A DNA stretch of 64,000 bases, from the NCBI GenBank assembly GCA_963826115.1, contig CAWGVS010000005.1, positions 896,001 to 960,000 of the forward strand. The letters are read 5' to 3'. Source of the DNA: an uncultured Candidatus Rokubacteria bacterium. Its GTDB lineage: Bacteria; Methylomirabilota; Methylomirabilia; Rokubacteriales; DASRDR01. The position numbers were made by a program, and so were the translations under genes. Shown one piece after another: positions 42,593-55,646 of the stretch. How positions within the stretch are numbered: the stretch's first letter is position 1; every line of letters starts with the position of its first letter. A model generated the notes under the pieces. The model did no database searches. It was not told where the DNA came from and was given only the letters and a program-made list of their open reading frames with translations.

Positions 42593-43552
42593 ATGGTGAG
42601 ACCCCGATTGCCGGAAGGTGGTCGCGAGCGGGGGCGGCGGCCGCGCGATGTCCCGGGTGCGGCGTGGCGTCTCTCCTGGGAGGTCGTCGTGAAGTTCCTC
42701 GGCGATTCCCCGTTCGAGATGGCCGCGGCCCTGTCGTTCTACACGGTCCTTTCACTATCCCCCCTCGTCCTGATCGTGGTGTCGGCGGCGGGTCTCGTGT
42801 GGGCAGAGGCGTCGGTGCGCGCCGAAATCCTGAACCAGATGGGGGCGCTGATAGGGCCCGCGGGGGCGGATGCCGTGCGCACGGTCCTGGACCACTCGGC
42901 CTTCTCGGCCCACACGGCGATGTCGATGGCGATGGGCATCATCACCCTGCTCTTCGGCGCCACCACGGTGTTCGCCGAGCTCCAGTCCGCCCTGAATCGT
43001 ATCTGGAGCGTGGAGACGTCCCCGCAGGCCACCGTGCGGCCGGCCCTCCTGTGGAGCCTCGTCCGGACGCGGCTCCTGGCGCTGGCGCTCATCTTCGTTG
43101 TGGGATTCCTCCTGCTCGTCTCCCTGGTGGTGAGCGCGGGACTCGCCGCGCTCCACGGGTATCTGGCTCGCGCTCTCCCGGGCGGCGCGCTCGTGTGGGA
43201 GGCGGTCAACTTCCTCGTGTCGCTCGCCGTCATCTCGTTCCTCATCGCCATGGTGTACCGCGTCCTCCCCGACGTCCGGCTGGGCTGGGGCGACGTATGG
43301 GGCGGTGCGGTCGTGACCGCGATCCTGTTCGGCATCGGGAAGCTCCTCATCGGTCTCTATCTCGGCCAGACCAGCGTGGCGTCCGCGTACGGGGCGGCCG
43401 GGTCGCTCGTGGTGCTCCTGCTGTGGGTCTACTACTCCTCGCTCATCATGTTCCTGGGCGCCGAGATCACCGCGGTGCACGCGAGGCACCGCCACCGGGT
43501 CCGTCCGGCGAAATACGCCGTCCCGGTCGCGGCAAGCGGTGCGACGGGATGA
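42593..43552 (+). CDS. YihY/BrkB family membrane protein
   Basis: AAALSFYTVLSLSP, ELQSALNRIW, AYGAAGSLVVLLLWVYYS. Confidence 0.9.
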   Translation: MVRPRLPEGGRERGRRPRDVPGAAWRLSWEVVVKFLGDSPFEMAAALSFYTVLSLSPLVLIVVSAAGLVWAEASVRAEILNQMGALIGPAGADAVRTVLDHSAFSAHTAMSMAMGIITLLFGATTVFAELQSALNRIWSVETSPQATVRPALLWSLVRTRLLALALIFVVGFLLLVSLVVSAGLAALHGYLARALPGGALVWEAVNFLVSLAVISFLIAMVYRVLPDVRLGWGDVWGGAVVTAILFGIGKLLIGLYLGQTSVASAYGAAGSLVVLLLWVYYSSLIMFLGAEITAVHARHRHRVRPAKYAVPVAASGATG

Positions 43553-43710
43553 CGTCGGGGTGACAGGTCGACGCGGGTCGGGCGGAGCCTACTGCTGAAC
43601 GGCAGCATCCCGGAACGCCGTCGGCGAACGGCGTTGACAGGGCCGCCTTCGTCCACTGTAGTGAGCCTGGCGCGGACGGCTGGAACCACCCGCCGCGCCG
43701 GGGAGATCCG

Positions 43711-44226
43711 ATGCGAATTCCAGCGATCCTCGTCGTGTCCCTGCTCGCCCTCACGTCCGTCGCGGCGGCCCAGCAGTTCTCGACGTGCGCGCTCCTGACG
43801 CCCGGCGACATCGAGGCGGCAACCGGCACGAAGCCCGGGCCGTCTCAGCCCGGTCAGATGGACGCCGGAGCCGGGAGGAGTGGAACCGTCTACACGTGCA
43901 TCTGGCCGGCCGGCCAGACAGCCCAGCTGATGGCCAGTACGGCGCGCATCCCTCCGGGCATGGACGTGAAGGCCGTCGCGAAGAACAACGTCGGGATGGA
44001 CGCCCTGCGGGCCCAGCACTACACGGCGGAGGAGAAGGACTTCGGCAATGCCTTCTGCAGCGTCATGACGCCGCCCGCCAGCAAGAAGGACGGCATGATG
44101 CTGTCGTCCTGCGCCACCGGGGCCAAGGGCACCCTGCTCTCGCTCTCGTACATGAGCCAAACGAAGAAGCTCACGCTCGAGCAGACCAAGGCGCTCCTGG
44201 ACAAGGCCGTCGCGCGCCTCCCGTGA
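43711..44226 (+). CDS. Secreted 4-Cys hypothetical protein (DUF3558-like)
   Basis: GGAG RBS, signal peptide, TCALLTPGDI...TCIW...RLP; paralogue at 29754. Confidence 0.75.
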   Translation: MRIPAILVVSLLALTSVAAAQQFSTCALLTPGDIEAATGTKPGPSQPGQMDAGAGRSGTVYTCIWPAGQTAQLMASTARIPPGMDVKAVAKNNVGMDALRAQHYTAEEKDFGNAFCSVMTPPASKKDGMMLSSCATGAKGTLLSLSYMSQTKKLTLEQTKALLDKAVARLP

Positions 44227-44343
44227 TGTGGAGGCGCGGCCCCGGGCGCCCGCCCGGTCGGCTCTCGCCTCTCAGAGGGCCTGACGTCGACAGGACCGAC
44301 TCCCGGCGCGGCGATCCGCTCGGAGGACGGCGCGGGGGGCGCG

Positions 44344-45242
44344 CTACAGCACGATCTCGGTGCCGATGCCTTCCTTCGTGAAGATCTCGAGCAGGATCGC
44401 GTGGGGGATGCGGCCGTCCAGGATGTGGGCCTTGGCGGTTCCCGCCTCCAGCGCCCGGAGGGCCGACTCGACCTTGGGGAGCATGCCGCCGTCGATCACC
44501 CCGGCGCCGACCAGCCGGCGGGCCTCGCCCTGCGAGAGGGTGGAGATCAGCTCGCCGCCCGGGCCCTTGATGCCCTCGACGTCCGTCAGGTGGATGAGCT
44601 TCTCGGCCTGGAGCGCGGCGGCGACCTCCCCGGCGACGAGGTCGGCGTTGATGTTGTAGCTTTCCCCGCCGTCCCCCACCCCGACCGGCGCGATGACCGG
44701 GATGAAGCCGTGCTCGTCGAGGAGCCGGATCGGCTCCGGGTTGACGTGGGTGACGTCCCCCACGAGGCCCAGGTCGAGCTCCTCGCCCGCGGGCGTCCGA
44801 TGGACCCGCCGCCGGGCGCGGATCAGGGTGCCGTCCTTGCCGGAGAGCCCCACGGCCTTCCCGCCGTGGTGGTTGATCAGGCCCACGATCTCCTTGTTGA
44901 TCCGGCCGACGAGGACCATCTCGACGATCTCCATCGTCTCCTCGTCCGTGACGCGCATGCCGCCCACGAACCGCGGCTCCTTGCCGAGCCGCTTCATGAG
45001 GGCGCCGATCTGGGGGCCGCCGCCGTGCACGATCACCGGGTTCATCCCGACGTACTTCAGGAGGACGACGTCGCGGGCGAAGCCCTCCGCCAGCTGCGGG
45101 GACTCCATGGCGTGCCCGCCGTACTTGATGACGAGGGTCTTCCCCCAGAACGCCCGGATGTACGGGAGCGCGTCCATCAGGGTGCCGGCCTTCTCGATCA
45201 TCTTCTCCATGGCGCTCGTCACGGGATCCCCCTCGCCTGCCG

Positions 45243-45246
<4 letters not shown>
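44344..45246 (-). CDS. argB: Acetylglutamate kinase
   Basis: [29 protein letters not shown]; start may be 45210. Confidence 0.95.
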
Positions 45247-46612
<1,366 letters not shown>

Positions 46613-46616
<4 letters not shown>

Positions 46617-47155
46617 AGCTCCTCCACGGTCACCTGGTCGTTCGTGTAGACGCAGATCCCGGCCGCCACGCGCATCGCCTCGACCGCGATGGCCTTGGCG
46701 TCGAGCGCGGAATGGGCGACGAGGGCGCGCGCCGCCGCCAGCGCGTATGGCCCGCCCGAGCCGATGCCGATCAGCCCGTCGTCCGGCTCGATCACCTCGC
46801 CCGTCCCCGACACGATGAACGACGCCTCGGCGTCCGCCACCGCCAGGAGCGCCTCGAGGCGTCGCAGGACCCGGTCGCTCCGCCACTCCTTGGCGAGCTC
46901 CACCGCGGCCCGCCGGAGATTGCCCCGGTGCTCCTCGAGCCGCCCCTCGAACCGCTCGAACAGGGTGAAGGCGTCGGCCGCCGCGCCGGCGAACCCGGCG
47001 AGCACCCGGTCGTGGTGGACGCGCCGGACCTTGCGGGCGGTGTGCTTCACGATCGTCGGGCCGAGGCTCACCTGCCCGTCCCCCGCCATCGCCACCCGGC
47101 CGCGATGCCGGACGCAGACGACCGTCGTCGCGTGGAACGACGCCGGCGACGTCAC
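46613..47155 (-). CDS. hslV: ATP-dependent protease peptidase subunit
   Basis: HATTVV, AGDGQV, GIGSGG, ICVYTN. Confidence 0.96.
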
Positions 47156-48051
47156 GCGCGCGCCCGGGGATGAGCCGCGTCGTAGACCTTGGCGAGCCGC
47201 GCCGCGCTCACGTGCGTGTAGCGCTGCGTCGTGGTCAGCCGCGCGTGCCCGAGGAGCTCCTGGATGAGCCGGAGGTCTGCGCCCGCGTCCAGGAGGTGCG
47301 TCGCGAAGGTGTGCCGGAGCGTGTGGGGCGTCACCCGGCCCGCCAGCCCCGCGGCCCGCGCCCGCGCCCGGACGATCCGATGGAGGCTCCGCACCGTCAG
47401 GCGCCCCCCGCGCGGATTCCGGAAGAGCGGGCCGCGCCCGCTCTCGCGGGGGCCGAGATAGGCGCGGAGCGCGTCGATGGCCTTCGTCCCCAGCGGGACC
47501 ACGCGCTCCTTGCGTCCCTTGCCGAGGACCCGCACGGCGCCGTCACGGAGGTCGACGTCCTCGACGTCGAGCCCGGAAAGCTCGGCGACCCGGACACCCG
47601 CAGCGTAGAGCACCTCGAGGATCGCCCGGTCCCGGCGGTCGGACTCCGCGTCACCGGCCTGCGGCCGGAAGAGCGCCTCGCTCTGGTCGATCGGGAGGTG
47701 CGAGGGAAGGCGGCCCGGGAGGCTCGGCGTCTTCACTTCCCGGGCCGGGTTCACCCGGGCCCGGCCGCGCCGGATCAGGAACCGGAAGAAGCTCCGGAGG
47801 GTCGCGAGGCGGCGGGCGATGGACGTCCGCGCGAGGCCTCGGGCGTGGAGGTCCGCCAGGTAGCCACGCACGACGCGCGCGTCTGCGTCCACCAGGGCCC
47901 CGAGGTCCCGGCGCTCGAGGAAGGCGACGCAGTCGGCGAGGTCGGCGCGGTAGCCGCGCAGCGTGTGGGGCGAGGCCCCCCGCTCGGCCGACAGGTACCG
48001 GAGGAACGCGGCCACCGCCGGCCCGCCCTGCTCACCGCCGGCCGGCTTCAC
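47152..48051 (-). CDS. xerC: Tyrosine recombinase XerC
   Basis: [38 protein letters not shown]; topA-xerC-hslVU synteny. Confidence 0.9.
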   Translation of the reverse strand: MKPAGGEQGGPAVAAFLRYLSAERGASPHTLRGYRADLADCVAFLERRDLGALVDADARVVRGYLADLHARGLARTSIARRLATLRSFFRFLIRRGRARVNPAREVKTPSLPGRLPSHLPIDQSEALFRPQAGDAESDRRDRAILEVLYAAGVRVAELSGLDVEDVDLRDGAVRVLGKGRKERVVPLGTKAIDALRAYLGPRESGRGPLFRNPRGGRLTVRSLHRIVRARARAAGLAGRVTPHTLRHTFATHLLDAGADLRLIQELLGHARLTTTQRYTHVSAARLAKVYDAAHPRARA

Positions 48052-50306
48052 GCGCTCTCGGTCTCGCGCCGGTAGTCGCAGCCCTCGCGCCAGCACGCGA
48101 GCCATCGCTTGCCCCGGCCGCCGCGCTGGGTCAGGAAGGGCGCGCCGCACTTGGGGCACGGCACGGTGACGGGGCGCTGCCACACCACGAAGCGGCACGT
48201 CGGGTAGTTCGAGCAGCCGAAGTAGGACCGGCCGCGCTTCGAGCGGCCCTCGGTCAGCTCACCCACGCAGCCCTCCTGGGGGCACGGGATGCCGAGCGTG
48301 ATCTTCTTGATGTTCTTGCACTCGGGATACCCCGAGCAGCCGATGAACCGGCCGAAACGGCTCTGCTTGTAGACCATCGGCTTGCCGCAGAGGTTGCAGT
48401 CCACTCCCGCCGGCTCGGGCTCGGCCTGTGCGCTGTCCCCAGGGTTCCGCGTGTACTTGCAGTCCGGGTAGCGCTCGCACGCCAGGAACCGCCCGTAGCG
48501 ACCCCACTTCTCGAGAAGGTTCCCCTCGCCGCACTTGGGGCAGGCCTCGTCGGTGCGCTTGCCGACCTTGAGGTCCTCCGCCTGGATGCCGGCCTCCTTG
48601 AGGTCCTTCTCGAGCGGCGTGTAGAACTCGCGGACCGTCTCGACCCACTTCCGATCCCCATCCTCGATCTCGTCGAGCGACTCCTCCATCTGCGCGGTGA
48701 ACGCCACCTCGAAGATGTCGGGGAAGTGCTTGACGAGGAGGTTGTTCACCGTCTCGCCCAGGTCGGTCGGCGACAGGGACCCGCGGTCCTTCTGGACGTA
48801 CTCGCGCTTCTGGATGGTGGTCAGGATCTGGGCGTAGGTCGACGGCCGCCCGATGCCCTTCTCCTCGAGCTCCTTCACGAGCGACGCCTCGGTATAGCGC
48901 GGTGGCGGCTGCGTGAAGTGCTGCTTCGGGTCGAGCCGGACCAGGCCGAGGCGCTGGCCCACCTCGAGCGGCGGCATGCCCGACACCTCGGCCTCGACGT
49001 CCTCCGGGGCGACCGTCGGCGCGGACTCGTCGGGCGCCTCGATGTAGACGGCCATGAACCCGGGGGCCCGCAGCTGGGAGCCCAGCGCCCGGAAGAGGTA
49101 CGGCCCGGCCGTCACGTCCACCGTGAGCGTGTCGTAGAGGGCGGGCCGCATCTGGCTCGCCAGGAACCGCTCCCAGACCAGCCGGTAGAGCGCCAGCTGG
49201 TCGCGGCTGAGATGCCGGGCCAGGCGCTCCGGCGGATGGTCGAGCAGGGTCGGCCGGATCGCCTCGTGCGCCTCCTGCGCCGTCTTGCGGGCCCGGTAGA
49301 ACGGCGGCCGGTCGGGCAGCGTGTCGGCGCCGTACCGGGCGGCGATGACGTCGCGCGCCGCGGCCTGGGCCTCGGCGGCCACCCGGGGCGAGTCGGTCCG
49401 CATGTACGTGATGAGGCCGACCGGGCCGCCGTTGCCGATCTCGACGCCCTCGTAGAGCTGCTGGGCGACCATCATCGTCTTCGACGCGGAGAAGCGGAGC
49501 TTCCGCCCGGCGTCCTGCTGGAGCGTCGACGTGATGAACGGCGGCGACGGGTTCTTCCGCCGCTCTCCCCGATCGACCGTCTTGACGACGAACTGGACGC
49601 CTTCCAGATCGGCGACGATGGCCTGGGTCTCGGCCGCGCTCGCGGGGACGAGCTTCTCGCCCGCCTTTTCCCGGAGGCTCGCCACGAACTCGGGGGGAAC
49701 CGCCGCCGCCAGGTGGGCGTGGAGGCTCCAGTACTCCTGGGACACGAAGGCCCGGATCTCCTGCTCGCGCTCGCAGATGAGGCGGACCGCGACGGACTGG
49801 ACCCGGCCCGCCGACAGGCCCCGGCGGATCTTCTGCCAGAGGAACGGGCTGATCTTGTAGCCGACCAGGCGGTCGAGCACGCGCCGCGCCTGCTGGGCGT
49901 CGACCCGCTTCTGGTCGATGCGTCCGGGCGTCTTGAACGCGGCCTTGACCGCCTTCTCGGTGATCTCGTTGAACGCCACCCGGTAGACACGGTCCGCCGG
50001 GATCTTGAGCTCCTGGGCGATGTGCCAGCCGATCGCCTCGCCCTCGCGGTCGGGGTCGGTCGCGATGTAGAGGGCCTTGGCCTTCTTGCCGGCCTTCTTC
50101 AGATCCTCGAGCGTCTTGGCCTTCGCGCGGACGGGCACGTACTGGGGCGCGAAGCCCTTCTTCACGTCGATCCCGAGCTTGCTCTTCGGGAGGTCCTTCA
50201 GGTGGCCGAGCGAGGCCTTCACGACGTACCCGCGGTCGAGATACTTCTGGATGGTCTTCACCTTGGTCGGTGACTCGACCACGACCAGGGACGTCCGTTC
50301 CGCCAC
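48048..50306 (-). CDS. topA: DNA topoisomerase I
   Basis: VVESPTK, ATDPDREGEAI, SAGRVQS, ITYMRTD, C-terminal zinc ribbons. Confidence 0.97.
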   Translation of the reverse strand: MAERTSLVVVESPTKVKTIQKYLDRGYVVKASLGHLKDLPKSKLGIDVKKGFAPQYVPVRAKAKTLEDLKKAGKKAKALYIATDPDREGEAIGWHIAQELKIPADRVYRVAFNEITEKAVKAAFKTPGRIDQKRVDAQQARRVLDRLVGYKISPFLWQKIRRGLSAGRVQSVAVRLICEREQEIRAFVSQEYWSLHAHLAAAVPPEFVASLREKAGEKLVPASAAETQAIVADLEGVQFVVKTVDRGERRKNPSPPFITSTLQQDAGRKLRFSASKTMMVAQQLYEGVEIGNGGPVGLITYMRTDSPRVAAEAQAAARDVIAARYGADTLPDRPPFYRARKTAQEAHEAIRPTLLDHPPERLARHLSRDQLALYRLVWERFLASQMRPALYDTLTVDVTAGPYLFRALGSQLRAPGFMAVYIEAPDESAPTVAPEDVEAEVSGMPPLEVGQRLGLVRLDPKQHFTQPPPRYTEASLVKELEEKGIGRPSTYAQILTTIQKREYVQKDRGSLSPTDLGETVNNLLVKHFPDIFEVAFTAQMEESLDEIEDGDRKWVETVREFYTPLEKDLKEAGIQAEDLKVGKRTDEACPKCGEGNLLEKWGRYGRFLACERYPDCKYTRNPGDSAQAEPEPAGVDCNLCGKPMVYKQSRFGRFIGCSGYPECKNIKKITLGIPCPQEGCVGELTEGRSKRGRSYFGCSNYPTCRFVVWQRPVTVPCPKCGAPFLTQRGGRGKRWLACWREGCDYRRETESA

Positions 50307-50316
50307 GCTGCCTCCT

Positions 50317-51447
50317 CTAGCTCCGCACGTACCGCTGGCCGGCGGTGCGGCGCACCAGCCCGCGCAGCTCGAGCGCCATGAGGCCCGCCGACACCTGGCC
50401 CGACGGCAGCCGGATCTGCTCGACCATCGTGTCGATGGCGACCGGCTCGTTCCCGAGGATGGCCAGGATCGCCAGCTCCCCCGGCTCGGCCGCCTCCGCC
50501 GGAACCGCCCGGTCGGCCGGCCGTGCCGCCGGCCCGCCGAGAGCGCGGCGCCACTCCGCGGGCCACTCCGCCACGACGTCCTCCCACCCTTGGACGAGCT
50601 TGGCGCCGTCCTGGATCAGACCGTTCGTGCCCTGGCTGGCCGGGGCCAGCGCGTTGCCCGGCACCGCGTAGACCTCGCGGCCGAGCTCACCGGCCAGCCG
50701 CGCCGTGATCAGCGCCCCGCTTCGCTCCGCCGCCTCGACGACCACGGTACCCATCGAGAGACCGGCGATAAGACGGTTCCGCGCCGGGAAGTGATGCGCC
50801 AGCGGGGGCGTTCCCATGGGGAACTGCGAGACGAGGGCTCCGGTTTCGACGATGTCAGCCGCCAGACGACGGTTCTCGGATGGATACACCACGTCCACGC
50901 CCGAGCCCAGGACGGCGAGCGTCCGCCCGCCGACGTCGAGCGCCCCCTGGTGGGCAGCGGTGTCGATTCCTCGGGCCAGACCGCTCACCACCGTCACGCC
51001 CCGGGCGGCGAGGTCGGCCCCGAGGCGCTCCGCCACCCGGAGCCCGTACGGGGTTGCCTTGCGTGAGCCGACGATGGCCGTGGCCAGTGCATCCTCTCGG
51101 CGGAGACTTCCGCGGACGAGCAGAAATGGCGGCGGCAGGTCGATCGGCCGGAGCGCGACCGGGTAGTCCGGGTCCCCCAGGAGGACGAGGCGGGCGTCGC
51201 AACGCGCCGCGGCAACAGCCTGCTGCCGGGCGGCACGCCGCCAGTCGAGGCTCGCGACCTCGCGGGCCGCCACGCTGCTGAGGGCGTCCGTCAGTTCGGG
51301 GGACGAGGCCTCGAGGACCTCGGCCGGCGGTCCGAGGCGGAGGAGGTCGTGGTAGCGCCGCAGACTCCCCCCAATCTCGGGGATCAGGGCGAGCGCCACC
51401 CACGCCCACCGCTCGTCGTCGGCGGTCGAACTGCCGAGCGTCGTCAC
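50317..51447 (-). CDS. dprA: DNA-processing protein DprA
   Basis: AIVGSRKAT, VSGLARGID, FPARNRLI, SGALITA; start uncertain. Confidence 0.93.
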   Translation of the reverse strand: MTTLGSSTADDERWAWVALALIPEIGGSLRRYHDLLRLGPPAEVLEASSPELTDALSSVAAREVASLDWRRAARQQAVAAARCDARLVLLGDPDYPVALRPIDLPPPFLLVRGSLRREDALATAIVGSRKATPYGLRVAERLGADLAARGVTVVSGLARGIDTAAHQGALDVGGRTLAVLGSGVDVVYPSENRRLAADIVETGALVSQFPMGTPPLAHHFPARNRLIAGLSMGTVVVEAAERSGALITARLAGELGREVYAVPGNALAPASQGTNGLIQDGAKLVQGWEDVVAEWPAEWRRALGGPAARPADRAVPAEAAEPGELAILAILGNEPVAIDTMVEQIRLPSGQVSAGLMALELRGLVRRTAGQRYVRS

Positions 51448-51487
51448 ATCAAGCTCAATACCACTAAACATGTGCAAAGCAAGCGCC

Positions 51488-51517
51488 ATGATATACACCC
51501 GCCGCGAGACACGTCAA
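51488..51517 (-). promoter_or_regulatory. Putative sigma70 promoter of dprA
   Basis: TTGACG-N18-TATCAT in an AT-rich stretch. Confidence 0.5.
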
Positions 51518-51593
51518 GAAAACGGACGGCGGGTCTTGCCTCTCTCGAGGGGGGATTCGCGTTCTGCGACGATGAGTTGAAGGTGATTCGCTG

Positions 51594-52463
51594 CTACCGG
51601 GGCTCCGCCGGCCGGCCGGAGCGGCCCGGCTGACGGAGCACCGCGCGGGCACGGATCGCGGCGTCGCTGTCCGGGAAGTCTCGGACCAGCTGTGCCCACA
51701 CCTCACGGGCCCGATCCTCGCGCCGGAGCGACCGGAGGGCGAGGCCGAGGCGGAGCAGCGCGTCGGGGGCCCGCTCGCCAGTCGGGGCGAGGTCGATGGC
51801 TTTCTGGTACTTGCTGGCCGCCTGGTCGAAGTCGCGGCTCCGGAAGTAGGCCTCCCCGATCCAGAACTGGGCGCTCGGTTCGAGGGGGTGCCCGGGGTTC
51901 TTGTCGGCGAACTCCTCGAAGTCGAGGACGGCCTGGCCCAGCTCGCCGGCCCGGAAGCTCTCCATCCCGCGGTCGAAGAGCTCCTCGGCGGAGATCGGCG
52001 GGCCGGGCCGCCGGGGCCCCACCGGACGGGACCGTGGCAGGTTCACGGTGCCGGCGCTGCCCGCCTCGAGCCGAGCGAACTGCTCGGCCAGGGTGGCGAC
52101 CCCCGCCTCCACGCCGGCGACCACCTCGGTCAGGTCCTCGACGCGGCGCTCGACCGTGGCGACCCGGTCGTCGACGGCCGTCTGGGCCTCGCGCGCCCGG
52201 GCCTCCTCGGTCTCGCGAGCCGCCACCGACCGGCGGGCCTCGGTCTCGAGGGCGACGCGGAGCGCCGCGGTGTCGGCGCGGAGCGCCTGGAGGTCGGCCC
52301 GGAGCCCGTCCACGCTCGTCCGGAGCTCCGCCAGGGCGGCGTCCTGCCGCGCCACCTGCTCCTGGAGGCCCGCGCAGCCAGGGAGACCCGCCAGGGCGCC
52401 GAGGGCCAGCGCGACGACGCCCGCCCGGGACCCCCGGCGGAACGCGGGTCCGCCCGGCCTCAC
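51594..52463 (-). CDS. cpoB: CpoB/YbgF-like coiled-coil TPR lipoprotein
   Basis: LPG-C lipobox, coiled coil, AQFWIGEAYF, APDALLRLG, FPDSDAA. Confidence 0.8.
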   Translation of the reverse strand: MRPGGPAFRRGSRAGVVALALGALAGLPGCAGLQEQVARQDAALAELRTSVDGLRADLQALRADTAALRVALETEARRSVAARETEEARAREAQTAVDDRVATVERRVEDLTEVVAGVEAGVATLAEQFARLEAGSAGTVNLPRSRPVGPRRPGPPISAEELFDRGMESFRAGELGQAVLDFEEFADKNPGHPLEPSAQFWIGEAYFRSRDFDQAASKYQKAIDLAPTGERAPDALLRLGLALRSLRREDRAREVWAQLVRDFPDSDAAIRARAVLRQPGRSGRPAEPR

Positions 52464-53173
52464 GAGCCCGCCACCGCCTCGACGCGGCGGGTCAGGCCGG
52501 CCGACATGCGCCGCTCGAGGGCGCGGCTCCCGAGCGACATGGAGTACGTCAGGACCCAGTACACGACCGCGATGAACAGGTAGAGCTCGAACGGCCGGAT
52601 CTCCCGCTGGTTCACCGTCTGGGCCGCCTTCGTCAGGTCCATGTACCCGATGATGGACGCGAGCGACGTGTCCTTCACCAGGATAATGAACTGGGTCACC
52701 AGGGACGGCAGCATGTTCCGTACGGCCTGCGGCAGGATCACCTGGCGCATGGTGGTGCCGTACCGGAGCCCGGTGGCCTCGGCCGCCTCCACCTGCCCGC
52801 GCGGTACCGACTGGATCCCGGCCCGGATGATCTCGCCGAAGTACGCGGCCTCGAAGACGACGAACGCGACGAGGGCGACCCAGTACTGGGGGAGCGACAC
52901 CCCGGTCGCGATCGGGATGAAGAACCAGAACCAGAACACCACCATGACCAGCGGCACGCCCCGGATCAGCTGGACGTAGAGCGACGCGGGATAGTGGAGC
53001 CAGGGGCGGACCGACAGCCGGCCCAGCGCGACGAGGATTCCCAGCAGGAACCCGAGGACGATCGTGGGGACCGCCAGCGCGACGGTTCCGCCCCCGAACG
53101 GCCCGATGCCGAAGAGCCCCTGCAGGAGGAGAAAGCGCCAGTTCTCGGCGATGACGGCGAAGTCCAGGCTCAA
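52460..53173 (-). CDS. Polar amino-acid ABC transporter permease
   Basis: IRGVPL, EIIRAGIQSVPRGQVEAA, LVKDTSL; TTG start. Confidence 0.92.
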   Translation of the reverse strand: MSLDFAVIAENWRFLLLQGLFGIGPFGGGTVALAVPTIVLGFLLGILVALGRLSVRPWLHYPASLYVQLIRGVPLVMVVFWFWFFIPIATGVSLPQYWVALVAFVVFEAAYFGEIIRAGIQSVPRGQVEAAEATGLRYGTTMRQVILPQAVRNMLPSLVTQFIILVKDTSLASIIGYMDLTKAAQTVNQREIRPFELYLFIAVVYWVLTYSMSLGSRALERRMSAGLTRRVEAVAGS

Positions 53174-53916
53174 TGCGCGACTCCCCCACCCCGCACGATG
53201 AGCCCCGGGATCGCCCACCGCCGCTCGGCGCGCGCCATCGCCGCGGCCACGACGAGGCACAGCGCGAGGTAGATGAGCGTGCCCGCGGTGATCGCCTCGA
53301 AGCCCCTCGCGGTGTAGCTCTCGATCTGCCGCGTCATGAAGGTCGTCTCCGCGACGCTGATCGTGAGGGCGAGCGAGGAGTTCTTGAGGAGGTTGAGCGA
53401 GTCGTTGGTGAGCGGGGGCACGATGAGCCGGAGGGCGATCGGCACCAGGACCAGGCGATAGGCCTGGCGGAGCGTGAGCCCGGTAGCCAGGGCCGCCTCC
53501 AGCTGGGCCGGCGGCACCGACTGGATGCCCGCCCGCACGATCTCGGCGAACCGGGCGCCGTGATACACGCCGAGCGCCGCCACCGCCGCCACGAACTCCC
53601 CGTGGTGCCGGTTCAGCCAGTCCTGGGCAGTCTCGGGCAGGAGCTCCGGCACGCCGAAGTACCACAGGAACATCCAGACCAGCAGCGGCACGTTCCGGAA
53701 GAACTCGACGTACGTGGCGCCGAGCCCGCGCAGGAAGCGAGACGGCACGGTCCGGATGGCGCCGAAGACGGCGCCGAGCCCCGCGGCCAGCACCCAGGCG
53801 AGGGCTGCCAGGGCGAGCGTCGTGAGGACGCCCTGGAGGAGCCAGCCGAGGTACGGGCTCGTCCAGAGGACGCTCCACTGGAACTGGTAGGCCAGGGCAA
53901 GAAACGGGCGCGGCAC
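53170..53916 (-). CDS. Polar amino-acid ABC transporter permease
   Basis: FRNVPLLV, EIVRAGIQSV, LKNSSL. Confidence 0.92.
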   Translation of the reverse strand: MPRPFLALAYQFQWSVLWTSPYLGWLLQGVLTTLALAALAWVLAAGLGAVFGAIRTVPSRFLRGLGATYVEFFRNVPLLVWMFLWYFGVPELLPETAQDWLNRHHGEFVAAVAALGVYHGARFAEIVRAGIQSVPPAQLEAALATGLTLRQAYRLVLVPIALRLIVPPLTNDSLNLLKNSSLALTISVAETTFMTRQIESYTARGFEAITAGTLIYLALCLVVAAAMARAERRWAIPGLIVRGGGVAH

Positions 53917-53939
53917 CGTTCGGGCTCGGGAAGACCCCG

Positions 53940-53971
53940 GCGGGGTCCGGGCCGGGTGACCCGGACCCCGC
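53940..53971. other. Intercistronic 12-bp perfect stem-loop
   Basis: GCGGGGTCCGGG-ccgggtga-CCCGGACCCCGC just after the binding-protein stop. Confidence 0.6.
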
Positions 53972-53983
53972 GACGGGACGGTT

Positions 53984-54850
53984 CTAGTGCGGGATGACCT
54001 GCATCTGCAGGAAGATTCGCGCCGTCTCGGAAAGGGGGTACGGGACCTCGCCCTGCGGCCCGAACCACTTGTCGTAGAGCTTCTGGTACTCGCCGGTCTC
54101 GATGGCGTCCATCAGCGCGAAGTCGACCAGGTTGCGGAAGTCGGCCTCGTTCTTCCGCATCGCCATGCCGTACGGCTCGTAGGTGTAGAACTCACCCACC
54201 ACGTCCCACTCGCCCGGGTTCGGCGCCTTCGCCTTGAGCCCGGCCAGCTGGACGCCGTCGTTCGTGTACGCGTCGATCTTGCCCTGGACGAGCGCGGTGA
54301 ACGCCGCCGCCTGGTCCGGGAAGACGACGAGCTGGGCCTGCGGGTACTTCTCGCGGATCACCTTCTCGTTGGTCGACCCCTGCTGGGCGCCGATGCGCTT
54401 GCCGGCGACGCTCTGGACCCCTCGGATCGGGCTGCCCTTCTTCACCAGGAACTGCGCGCCGGTCACGAAGAAGACCGCGCTGAAGTCCAGGCTGTCGCGC
54501 CGGGCGCGAGTGATGGTCATCGTGCCCGCGATCAGGTCGACGGCGCCGCTGGTGAGCAGCGGGATCCGCGTCGCCGGCGTGGACTCCTTGAGCTCGAACT
54601 TGATCTGCTTGCCGAGCTTCTTCTCGACGTTCGCGTGGACGAACTTCGCGAGGTCCACCGAGAAGCCGCCCCAGTTGTTCTGCTTGTCGATGAAGCCGAA
54701 CGGCGGCGAGGCCGTCCGCGTCCCGACGACCATGGTGCCCGTGCGGGCGATCTTCTCGAGGGTGGTCTCCGCGAAGGCCGGTGCCGCGCCCGCGAGGAGG
54801 ACGGCCAGGGCGAGCCCCACCGCCGCGATCCGCCGTGTCAGTGTCCGCAT
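53984..54850 (-). CDS. Glutamate/aspartate-type ABC substrate-binding protein
   Basis: Signal peptide, TLEKI, SPPFGF, TRIPLL, EPYG, LYDKWF. Confidence 0.9.
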   Translation of the reverse strand: MRTLTRRIAAVGLALAVLLAGAAPAFAETTLEKIARTGTMVVGTRTASPPFGFIDKQNNWGGFSVDLAKFVHANVEKKLGKQIKFELKESTPATRIPLLTSGAVDLIAGTMTITRARRDSLDFSAVFFVTGAQFLVKKGSPIRGVQSVAGKRIGAQQGSTNEKVIREKYPQAQLVVFPDQAAAFTALVQGKIDAYTNDGVQLAGLKAKAPNPGEWDVVGEFYTYEPYGMAMRKNEADFRNLVDFALMDAIETGEYQKLYDKWFGPQGEVPYPLSETARIFLQMQVIPH

Positions 54851-54872
54851 GTGTCGCTCCTTTGGCTCGCCG

Positions 54873-55646
<774 letters not shown>

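Noticed and set aside
47152-48051. Phage or island integrase
   Set aside because: The topA-xerC-hslVU context indicates housekeeping XerC; I saw no att duplications of tRNA 3' ends.
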